A DNA stretch of 17,091 bases from a virus: the IMG/VR virus record IMGVR_UViG_3300047160_030535, positions 1 through 17,091 of that record; one strand, written 5' to 3'. Shown one piece after another: positions 1 through 6,160 of this stretch; the first letter of the stretch is position 1; the number at the start of each line of letters is the position of its first letter. Both the position numbers and the translations under genes were made by a program. The notes beneath the pieces were generated by a model that worked only from the letters and a program-made list of their open reading frames with translations, had not been told where the DNA came from and ran no database searches.

Positions 1-18
1 AATGCGCGCCCCTCCTGG

Positions 19-95
19 TGCGGGGTGGAGCAGTCTGGCAGCTCGTCGGGCTCATAACCCGAAGGTCGCAGGTTCAAATCCTGCCCCCGCTACCA
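19..95 (+). tRNA. Initiator tRNA-Met (tRNA-fMet), anticodon CAT at 53-55, CCA encoded
   Basis: 77-nt cloverleaf read by eye. Acceptor TGCGGGG/CCCCGCT, D arm GAGC-AGTCTGGCA-GCTC, T arm GCAGG-TTCAAAT-CCTGC, then A-CCA. Anticodon stem TCGGG/CCCGA has three consecutive G:C pairs next to loop CTCATAA. Layout and most bases match E. coli tRNA-fMet as I remember it. Positions 1:72 are T.T, and an unpaired 1:72 is the initiator hallmark. Confidence 0.9.
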
Positions 96-1705
96 ACGAA
101 ACTACAACGAGAGCCGCCGCCGGCTCTCAGCAGGGACGCCGCGACGCCCTGCTCACTCCAAAGCCTGACCTCCTGCTCGTCTGCCTCGACCGTCACGGTG
201 CCAACGTGCTCGCGGATCTCCTGGCGTGCGCGTGCGATGTCGCCTGAAGCCAGAGTGTCCTCAAGCCTCTCAACCGCTCGCTTGGCGCGTGTGGGCAGAT
301 CGGCCAGAAGCTCCGTAACGTCTGTCGCCGGCGACTGCGAGGCCTCGGCCTGTAGGCGCTCCAGTTCGGTCTCGGCCGCGGCCAAGCGAGCCGCGAGTGT
401 CGGCGAAGCTCGCCACGCACCGCTAGCGATGGCATCGGCTAGGTTGTCGACCTGGGCGCGCAGTTCCGCGGTGCGCCGGCGATTGTCAGGCGCTTTCGCC
501 GTCGGCTTCCGCACCTGTGCACGGAAGCGGCGGCACACCTCCTCGATGACCTCAGGCGACAGCATGTCGTGCTTGATGCCCGCCGTGACTTCCGCTTCGG
601 CCCACTGTCGCCGGATCGTGGCGCTGTTGGTGCACAACGCATGACCGCCGGTGGTGTGGCCAGCGCAGGCGTAGCGATCCACGCCGCGCATGGAGTACGA
701 CGCGCCGCAGTGAGAGCATTTGATCAGACCCGAGAGCAGGAACTTGTTCCCGGTGCCCGAGCGGATCGCGGCGCCTTTGGAGAGGCCACGCCTGACGCCC
801 TCGCCAATGCGGCGCGCCTGTTCCTCGCGGCGCGCCCGCGCCCGTTGCCAGAGATCATCGCTCACAATGCGCAAACGCTCGTCCTGGCGCGTGATCCACT
901 CCGAGCGCGGGTTCAACACCTGACGGCGCCGGCTCGAGTCGGCTGCCGACCGAATCCAGCGCGACCGGTTCCAGATCACCTCGCCCTTGTAAAGCGGGTT
1001 ACACAACACGCCGAGTCCGCGCGCGGGGTTGTTGTAGATCGCGCTCGACACCCACCCACGCTTCCGGCGCGCCTCGCGGCCCCATGTCGAGCCCGGTGAT
1101 GGCACGCCCTCTCGATTGAGCGCCTCCGCGATCGCGCGCGGGCTGTGACCATCGACGTACAAGGCGAACACTCGCCGCACGATTGCAGCTTGCGCCTCAT
1201 CGATCTCAACCTGCCCGGTGCCCGACAGCGCCGGCGGAACGTAGCCATAGGCGCGGCCGCCTGCGGTCTTGCCCTGGCGCGCGCGACCTTCGAGGCCGCG
1301 TCGCGTGCGCCGGCCGATCTCCTTGCGATACGCCTGGGCCATGGCACCGCCGACGGCGCCCATTATCTCTGCCGACTCGTGGCGCGTGTCGAGGTCATGC
1401 GTCACCACCGCGATTCCGAGGTCCGCGAGCTCGGCGAGCCGCGGCGATTGCTCGGCCAGGTTGCGCCACAGGCGCGACGTGTCCTCGGCGACGATTACAT
1501 CAAACTCGCGGTGCCGCGCGGACACCAGAAGCTTCTGATAGCCGGGCCGCTGCGCCGTGCCACCACTGATCGCCGCGTCGCTGAAGCGGGCGATTACCGT
1601 GAACCCGTTGGTATTCGCTATGCGCTCCGCGACTCGGAACTGATCGGGGAGCGAGGCCTCGGATTGCTTCTCCGTCGAGAAGCGGGCATACAGTGCGGCT
1701 CTCAT
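74..1705 (-). CDS. Large serine recombinase (serine integrase family), 543 aa
   Basis: N-terminus MRAALYARFSTEKQ has the resolvase/invertase catalytic-serine motif, followed by DVIVAEDTSRLWRN. Then comes a long recombinase domain, a Cys cluster (CSHCG...CAGH...C) and a coiled-coil-like, Ala/Glu/Leu/Arg-rich C-terminal third, which is the large-serine-recombinase architecture. ATGA start/stop overlap with the upstream gene. The stop codon (74-76) lies inside the tRNA T-loop. Confidence 0.9.
   Translation of the reverse strand: MRAALYARFSTEKQSEASLPDQFRVAERIANTNGFTVIARFSDAAISGGTAQRPGYQKLLVSARHREFDVIVAEDTSRLWRNLAEQSPRLAELADLGIAVVTHDLDTRHESAEIMGAVGGAMAQAYRKEIGRRTRRGLEGRARQGKTAGGRAYGYVPPALSGTGQVEIDEAQAAIVRRVFALYVDGHSPRAIAEALNREGVPSPGSTWGREARRKRGWVSSAIYNNPARGLGVLCNPLYKGEVIWNRSRWIRSAADSSRRRQVLNPRSEWITRQDERLRIVSDDLWQRARARREEQARRIGEGVRRGLSKGAAIRSGTGNKFLLSGLIKCSHCGASYSMRGVDRYACAGHTTGGHALCTNSATIRRQWAEAEVTAGIKHDMLSPEVIEEVCRRFRAQVRKPTAKAPDNRRRTAELRAQVDNLADAIASGAWRASPTLAARLAAAETELERLQAEASQSPATDVTELLADLPTRAKRAVERLEDTLASGDIARARQEIREHVGTVTVEADEQEVRLWSEQGVAASLLRAGGGSRCSFVGSGGRI
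77..95. repeat. attL core: left copy of the element-bounding direct repeat (13-bp perfect 83-95; 17/19 over 77-95)
   Basis: AATCCTGCCCCCGCTACCA here versus AATCGAGCCCCCGCTACCA at 16988-17006. This copy forms the functional T-stem/acceptor 3' strand of the tRNA. Confidence 0.75.
109..153 (+). other. Two consecutive GC-rich hairpins directly 3' of the tRNA, inside the recombinase 3' coding end
   Basis: GAGAGCCG-CCGC-CGGCTCTC (109-128, 8-bp stem). AGCAGGG(A)CG...CGCCCTGCT (129-153, 7+2 bp with one bulge). Neither has a U-tract. Function (tRNA 3' processing/termination, or recombinase mRNA 3' stabiliser) is not determinable from sequence. Confidence 0.3.
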
Positions 1706-2070
1706 CGCTGTCTCTCCAAGGTGTTGGCGACATCTCTTAGTGAGCTGTTGACGTCATCTAATGAACTGACCTCCATCCCCTGCTGGTCCCTCATCTGTTC
1801 CAGCAACCGCACCTGTTCTTGTTGCAGTTGCTTGATCCGCTCGAGGTGCTCCCCGCTCTTGTCCGACGAAGGCGTACCGCTCTTAAAAAGCATCGTGCCG
1901 AGCCAAGTCAGACAAAGTGCCTGCCAAAAGGTGATCGCCTTCAATCCGAAGACGTCCGGCACCACCTGATTCCAAAGCCACATCACTACGCCGGCTAACA
2001 CTACGCCGAGTCCCAACACAACCAGCACCCATACCGCCGCCACGGTCGCGGCTTCTTTGAAGGTCTGCAT
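1702..2070 (-). CDS. Small membrane protein with coiled-coil tail, 122 aa, unknown function
   Basis: Start set at ATG 2068-2070 (GGGGGA 9 nt upstream). The longest-ORF start at 2202 was not used because its first 44 codons are Arg/Ser-rich and overlap the upstream gene. Two hydrophobic segments (VAAVWVLVVLGLGVVLAGVVMWLW; ITFWQALCLTWLGTMLF), then a Q/E/L/R-rich heptad-like tail. Its stop overlaps the recombinase ATG (ATGA). Confidence 0.6.
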   Translation of the reverse strand: MQTFKEAATVAAVWVLVVLGLGVVLAGVVMWLWNQVVPDVFGLKAITFWQALCLTWLGTMLFKSGTPSSDKSGEHLERIKQLQQEQVRLLEQMRDQQGMEVSSLDDVNSSLRDVANTLERQR

Positions 2071-2071
2071 T

Positions 2072-2335
2072 TTATTGTTTCCCCCAGGTGAAGAAGAGGA
2101 TGATCCCCTGCAGGGCCGCGCTGACTCCGGTAGCGATCGCAGCCCATGCGTTGAGCCAGGTTTGGAGCTTGATGCGCGCGACGACTTCCTTTGGCGGCCC
2201 ACTGGCCCATGCTGATGGAAGCACCGGCCTCACCATCGCGGACGCCCACCACCAAAGGCCGCCTGATCCCAACGCCGTGATCGCCGCGGCGAACTGCAGG
2301 CATTTCAATACGCCCATTTGGGAATTTGTGCTCAT
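2072..2335 (-). CDS. Small hydrophobic/membrane protein, 87 aa, unknown function
   Basis: ORF with hydrophobic stretches (FAAAITALGSGGLWWWASAMV; WAAIATGVSAALQGIILFFTW). ATGA overlap with the upstream gene. Its stop lies 1 nt before the next ATG, so it is packed tightly in the operon. Confidence 0.55.
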   Translation of the reverse strand: MSTNSQMGVLKCLQFAAAITALGSGGLWWWASAMVRPVLPSAWASGPPKEVVARIKLQTWLNAWAAIATGVSAALQGIILFFTWGKQ

Positions 2336-3054
2336 TTGTGCTTTCTCGCTTTTTCAGAGCGCTGCCTCTCGCGGTGTGCGTGCACGTAGTAGAGATTCCG
2401 GTGAGCCGGTGAGCAGAAATGCTGTTGCTTGCTCACACTTACGATCTTGAAGTGGTTGCATTCGCGGCAGCGCAAGACCACGTGTCCGTGGGAGCGTAGC
2501 TCTGACAGTCTGATAATCGCCCAGGCGATGAGTCCGAGCGCGGTTCCAAATTTGATCTGCGGGGTGAACTCCGCGAAGCCCTTCGCGTTCAACACCACAC
2601 GCCCAGGCAAGAATTGCACGTCTGAATTAACGGTTGCGGCGAGCGAGGCGAAGGAACCTCCTCCGGCCGCAAACTTCTGTCCCGCACGGCCGAGCAGCCG
2701 CTTGTCCGTGATGAGATCAGCGAGCACCTCGCCCATCTGCCTGACCGCATCCACAAAGTTGATGTCGTAGCTCTGCTGCACGACGGCGGCGCCTTCCGGC
2801 GATGCGATGCGCTCCTCGCTCCAACCCTTGTGTCTCGCGTTCGCGATGATCGACTCGCGCAGAAAGTTGGTATTGCCGGGCGCGTGCTGATCAGCGATCG
2901 CGCGGAATGCGACGTGATCGATGTCTGCCGCCGTCGTGACTGCGGGCCGCTTGTATGGCGTCACCGCGTTGACAGCGGCGATGGCGCCAACGATGGCGGC
3001 CTGCTCGACCGCTGGCAGTGACTTGAACCTGAGCCTTGTAAGCGCTTTTGCCAA
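2332..3054 (-). CDS. Hypothetical protein, 240 aa, with a CGNR-like zinc-finger C-terminus
   Basis: GC-rich third codon positions. TTG start (no nearby in-frame ATG). The C-terminus CRECNHF-x10-FCSPAHRN-x5-HxHRER resembles the C-x2-C...CS...(C/H)xNR pattern of CGNR-type zinc fingers. It is the first gene of a 4-gene overlapping operon that ends in the recombinase. Confidence 0.6.
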   Translation of the reverse strand: MAKALTRLRFKSLPAVEQAAIVGAIAAVNAVTPYKRPAVTTAADIDHVAFRAIADQHAPGNTNFLRESIIANARHKGWSEERIASPEGAAVVQQSYDINFVDAVRQMGEVLADLITDKRLLGRAGQKFAAGGGSFASLAATVNSDVQFLPGRVVLNAKGFAEFTPQIKFGTALGLIAWAIIRLSELRSHGHVVLRCRECNHFKIVSVSKQQHFCSPAHRNLYYVHAHRERQRSEKARKHK

Positions 3055-3114
3055 CTACTCGCCCTTGCGTAATTACAAATGCCTGTAAGCGCTGGAATAC
3101 TCGGTACGCTTACA
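3037..3114. promoter_or_regulatory. Divergent promoter/operator region with three copies of half-site TGTAAGCG
   Basis: TGTAAGCGCT at 3037-3046 and 3084-3093 (direct), and CGCTTACA at 3107-3114 (inverted). TATAAA at 3118-3123 sits 5 nt before ATG 3129 with no SD in between, which suggests a leaderless transcript for the HTH gene. Confidence 0.5.
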
Positions 3115-3128
3115 ACTATAAATCACTT

Positions 3129-3389
3129 ATGGACATTAGAGAAGCCCATGAGACACCTGCACTGCAGGAGCAGTACTGCGAGACCGTTTCCACAATTGCG
3201 CGTCTCTCCGGGTGCGCCAGCGCCGAGATCGTCCGGTTGTATGCCGACCTCAAGTTGATCGAGTGCATTCGCACGGATAGCGGCCTGCGCCTCTTCAGGC
3301 CGAGCGCCGCACTGAAGGTGCGCGAGATTTACCGTGAGCGGCTAGCGCGTCGCGGGCGGCCCCGCAAGGTGGCGCAGGTCGCGGACTGA
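3129..3389 (+). CDS. MerR/excisionase-superfamily HTH protein, 86 aa (candidate repressor or directionality factor)
   Basis: VSTIARLSGCASAEIVRLYADLKLIECIRTDSGLRLFRPSAALKVREI fits the MerR-type HTH pattern (helix-turn-helix, then G.R.F/Y, then a second wing helix). Basic C-terminal tail. Start taken at ATG 3129 because the longer ORF start at 3048 would lie inside the divergent gene. Confidence 0.6.
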   Translation: MDIREAHETPALQEQYCETVSTIARLSGCASAEIVRLYADLKLIECIRTDSGLRLFRPSAALKVREIYRERLARRGRPRKVAQVAD

Positions 3390-3496
3390 GCCGATGGCCC
3401 TCCCCGCCCACCTGCAGCGCTACAGCGGCTTGATCGACCTCGTAGTCGAGGCGCTGGTGCGCGAGGCGCAGGGGGGAGCGGAGACCGAAAGAGAAA

Positions 3497-3526
3497 CGCC
3501 CGGCCGGGGACGAATCCGGCCGGGCG
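3497..3526 (+). terminator. Strong GC hairpin (11-bp stem, 8-nt loop) between the HTH gene and the replication-like operon
   Basis: CGCCCGGCCGG-GGACGAAT-CCGGCCGGGCG. It is followed only by a weak T-containing tract (CTATTC), so it may be a terminator or an attenuator. Confidence 0.4.
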
Positions 3527-3547
3527 CTATTCAGGCATCGAGAGGTA

Positions 3548-3832
3548 TTGACGATGACGAGTCTACAACCCCTGCGCCTCGCGCACAAAACTGAGGCGCA
3601 GAGCGCCGCCTCGCGTCGCAGACTTTGCACGGGCTGCCGCCACTTCGCCGCCGCTGCCGACATCACCGTCGTCAACTACGTACACGAGGTCGCGCCCTGC
3701 GCCTGGCGACTGGCCGTGCTGCGGTATTGCCCTCAATGCATTCGCATCTGGAACCGGCTGGAGCTCGCCGTCTGCCTGCGCGCCTTCCGCGCGCGACCTG
3801 CGCTGCGAGTGATCCCGGGAGGGCGGAGGTGA
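3548..3832 (+). CDS. Cys-rich small protein, 94 aa (putative zinc-binding)
   Basis: GAGAGG upstream of the ATG. High GC3. CTGC...C...CPQC arrangement. Its TGA overlaps the GTG of the next gene (GTGA). Confidence 0.55.
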   Translation: MTMTSLQPLRLAHKTEAQSAASRRRLCTGCRHFAAAADITVVNYVHEVAPCAWRLAVLRYCPQCIRIWNRLELAVCLRAFRARPALRVIPGGRR

Positions 3833-4140
3833 CCGCGGAAACTGCCAGCACGCCCAGCCTCGCCCACCTGCAGCGTGAGGCGCGCGAGATCATCGAGCGC
3901 GTCGACCGCGAGGCAGAAGAACTCCGCCAGCAGCTCGCTCGAGGTGTCCGCGAACGCGTGCCGCCCGCGGGGCTCTTATTGCGAACCGCTGCGGCACTTG
4001 GCGCCTGCGGCATCAACCATCGCGCGATGCTCGCGGCGCTCCGTGAGATTAATCAGGATTGCTTCCCAACACTCGATGGCGATGAGTTGGAGGAGATCGC
4101 GGTCGCTTTCACGTGTGATTCCAACGGGGAAGCAGCGTGA
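3829..4140 (+). CDS. Hypothetical protein, 103 aa
   Basis: Start placed at GTG 3829 (GGGAGGGCGGAG just upstream, GTGA overlap). The longer ORF from 3625 has an Arg-rich off-frame-looking N-terminus that overlaps the better-looking 3548 CDS. Helical, Glu/Arg-rich sequence. Confidence 0.5.
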   Translation: MTAETASTPSLAHLQREAREIIERVDREAEELRQQLARGVRERVPPAGLLLRTAAALGACGINHRAMLAALREINQDCFPTLDGDELEEIAVAFTCDSNGEAA

Positions 4141-5387
4141 CCGCCCAACTCGATGCGAGCGGAGGTGCAGCACTGCTCGATGAGTTGGAGAGCTTTCTCG
4201 CACGCTTCGTGGCGTATCCATCGCAGGACGCACGGATCGCTCACGCACTGTGGCTCGCGCACACGCATGCCATGGAGGCCTGGGAAAGCACGCCACGACT
4301 CGCGTTCCTCTCTCCAGAGCCCGGCAGCGGCAAGACCCGCGCGATCGAAGTATCGGAACTGCTGGTGCCGCGCCCAGTCGAGGCGATCAATGCAACTCCT
4401 GCCTATCTTTTCCGTAAGGTTGCGGACCCTGATGGTCTGCCCACGATCTTGTTCGACGAGATCGACACGCTCTTCGGTCCGCGCGCGAAGGAAAACGAAG
4501 AAATCCGCGGTGTGTTGAATGCCGGACATCGACGCGGAGCCATGGCTGGCCGCTGTGTCGTCAAAGGCAAGACCGTGATCACCGAGGAGCTCCCCGCCTA
4601 CTGCGCGGTGGCGCTCGCAGGCCTCGGCAATCTCCCCGATACCATCCTCACGCGCAGCATCGTGATCAGGATGCGCAAGCGCTCCCCCACTGAAATTATC
4701 GAAGGCTACCGGCGACGCCAGCACGCCCCCGAGGGGCACGCGCTGAGAGACCGCCTGGCCACGTGGATGCAAGCCAGGAGCCCCGAACTGAGCGATACGA
4801 GGCCCGCAATGCCAGAAGGCATCACCGATCGCGCTGCCGACGTATGGGAGTCACTACTCGCGATCGCTGATGCCGCAAGCGGCCACTGGCCTGAACGCGC
4901 ACGCGTTACCGCCGTTACCCTTGTTACCGATGCTAAGGCAGCCAGTCCCAGCCTTGGCGTACGCCTCCTCGCTGACCTCCGAACGGTCTTCGCGGGCGCC
5001 CCCGGCCTGCCCACGACTGAGATACTCCGGCGGCTGGCCGAGCTTGAGGATTCCCCCTGGGGTGACCTCAAGGGGAAGCCGCTCGACGCGCGTCGCTTGG
5101 CAAGTCTCCTCCGTCAGTACGAGGTGGAGCGCACAACGTTCCGTATCGGTAACGAAACAGCCAAGGGATACACCTCCGTTACCCTCCACGACGCATGGGC
5201 TAGGTACGTCAACCTTCCTAATAAAGGTAACAAAGGTAACGGAGGTGAGAGTGAGGGCGTAGGAGTGGCTACCAATGGATCGGTAACAGCGGTAACGCCG
5301 GTAACGGCAGGGTGTCGCCGCTGCGGTGGCGAAGGCTGCGAATGGTGTCGGCCCAAAGAGGCGCATCAGAGTGATATCCCGTTCTAG
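4137..5387 (+). CDS. DUF3631-like P-loop ATPase, 416 aa (replication-associated protein of integrative elements/phages)
   Basis: Walker A EPGSGKT, Walker B TILFDEID. The overall order of motifs is as I recall for DUF3631 proteins. C-terminal CRRCGGEGCEWC cluster. GTG start in a GTGA overlap with the previous gene. Confidence 0.75.
   Translation: MTAQLDASGGAALLDELESFLARFVAYPSQDARIAHALWLAHTHAMEAWESTPRLAFLSPEPGSGKTRAIEVSELLVPRPVEAINATPAYLFRKVADPDGLPTILFDEIDTLFGPRAKENEEIRGVLNAGHRRGAMAGRCVVKGKTVITEELPAYCAVALAGLGNLPDTILTRSIVIRMRKRSPTEIIEGYRRRQHAPEGHALRDRLATWMQARSPELSDTRPAMPEGITDRAADVWESLLAIADAASGHWPERARVTAVTLVTDAKAASPSLGVRLLADLRTVFAGAPGLPTTEILRRLAELEDSPWGDLKGKPLDARRLASLLRQYEVERTTFRIGNETAKGYTSVTLHDAWARYVNLPNKGNKGNGGESEGVGVATNGSVTAVTPVTAGCRRCGGEGCEWCRPKEAHQSDIPF
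4905..5305. repeat. Iteron-like array: 10 copies of GGTAAC/GTTACC, three clusters on a 9-bp register
   Basis: GTTACC at 4905, 4914, 4923. GGTAAC at 5148. GTTACC at 5178. GGTAAC at 5226, 5235. GGTAAC at 5282, 5291, 5300. An AT-rich patch TTCCTAATAAAGGTAACAAAGGTAAC lies at about 5215-5240. All copies are inside the DUF3631-like CDS. Confidence 0.7.
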
Positions 5388-5445
5388 GCACCGGCACCCG
5401 CGCTTGCCGTCCGGGTCCGGAGTTTGGTGGCCGTGCGCTGAGGTG

Positions 5446-5463
5446 CCGCGCGTCATCGCGCGG
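5446..5463 (+). terminator. Hairpin CCGCGCG-TCAT-CGCGCGG downstream of the DUF3631-like gene
   Basis: Perfect 7-bp GC stem, 4-nt loop, about 60 nt after the stop. The downstream tract TTGCGGTTGCTTC is only weakly T-rich. Confidence 0.3.
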
Positions 5464-5478
5464 TTGCGGTTGCTTCTA

Positions 5479-5510
5479 ACTTTCCCTATTCTTGTAAGAA
5501 TTGGGAAAGT
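5479..5510. other. 32-bp near-perfect palindrome with lox/FRT-like layout (12-bp arm, 8-bp spacer, 12-bp arm); candidate tyrosine-recombinase site
   Basis: ACTTTCCCTATT-CTTGTAAG-AATTGGGAAAGT. The arms match 11/12 as inverted repeats. It is AT-rich in a GC-rich background and sits 15 nt upstream of the recombinase ATG. A third arm-like copy, AAATGGGAAAGT, lies at 5578-5589 in the same orientation as the right arm. Confidence 0.55.
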
Positions 5511-5524
5511 CGATAGAGGCCACC

Positions 5525-6160
5525 ATGAGCAACGTCATAGCCTTACGCGCAGCGCGCACCCCCTCGCCGACAACAGAAAATGGGAAAGTTCCGCCGAAGC
5601 GGCGCAAGGACGCCAGGCCGCGGAAGCATCTGACGCCTGCGGAGGTAGCGGCGCTCCTGCGAGCGGCGCGGAAGTCGGGGCGCTACGGGCTGCGCGACGA
5701 GGTGGCGGTGCTACTTGCCTACCGGCACGGCCTCCGGGCCTCGGAGCTCGTCGCACTCGAGTGGTCGGCAATCGACTTCAAGGGCGGCACGATCGCGATC
5801 CGGCGCGCCAAGGGCGGCATGACGACCGAGCACCCGCTTCGCTCCGTCGAGTTGCGCATCCTCGGGAAACTGCGTCGGGAGCAGCCGGAGACGCGCTACG
5901 TGCTCATGAGCGAGCGCGGCACGCCGTGGAGCACGAGCAACTTCCGCAAGGTGCTGCAGCGGCTCGCCGAGGCTGCAGGGCCGGCGATCGCTGTCACCGT
6001 CAACCCGCATGCGCTGCGTCACGCCTGCGGCTTCTATCTCGCCGGCAAGGGTGTCGACACCCGGGCGCTCAGTCACTACCTCGGCCACCGCAGCCTGCAG
6101 AGCACCGAGCGCTACACCGCGCAGAGCGCTCATCGCTTCCGGGACTTCTGGCGCGACTGA
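5525..6160 (+). CDS. Small tyrosine recombinase, 211 aa (catalytic domain only; FimB/FimE / small Xer-Cre size class)
   Basis: Tyrosine-recombinase signature: LLAYRHGLRASE (Arg I), HALRH (His/Arg II), LGHRS, ERYT (catalytic Tyr). There is no arm-binding or long N-terminal domain. AGAGG lies 5 nt upstream of ATG 5525. The TTG at 5501 given by the ORF track falls inside the palindrome and is less likely. Confidence 0.85.
   Translation: MSNVIALRAARTPSPTTENGKVPPKRRKDARPRKHLTPAEVAALLRAARKSGRYGLRDEVAVLLAYRHGLRASELVALEWSAIDFKGGTIAIRRAKGGMTTEHPLRSVELRILGKLRREQPETRYVLMSERGTPWSTSNFRKVLQRLAEAAGPAIAVTVNPHALRHACGFYLAGKGVDTRALSHYLGHRSLQSTERYTAQSAHRFRDFWRD

Noticed and set aside
18-1969. Plus-strand ORFs 18-644, 569-1099 and 1145-1969, antisense to the serine recombinase
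   Set aside because: They are antisense to a CDS with clear family motifs. Their translations are Arg/Ser/Ala-rich low-complexity sequence without recognisable motifs.
3394-3594. 66-aa plus-strand ORF right after the MerR-type gene
   Set aside because: No SD. It contains the strong 11-bp-stem hairpin (3497-3526), and its 3' end overlaps the better-supported 3548 CDS start. A short peptide covering only its first part cannot be excluded.
4053-5456. Minus-strand ORFs 4053-4772 (239 aa) and 4854-5456 (200 aa)
   Set aside because: They are antisense to the DUF3631-like ATPase, which has Walker A/B motifs in the plus frame. No SD and no recognisable motifs.
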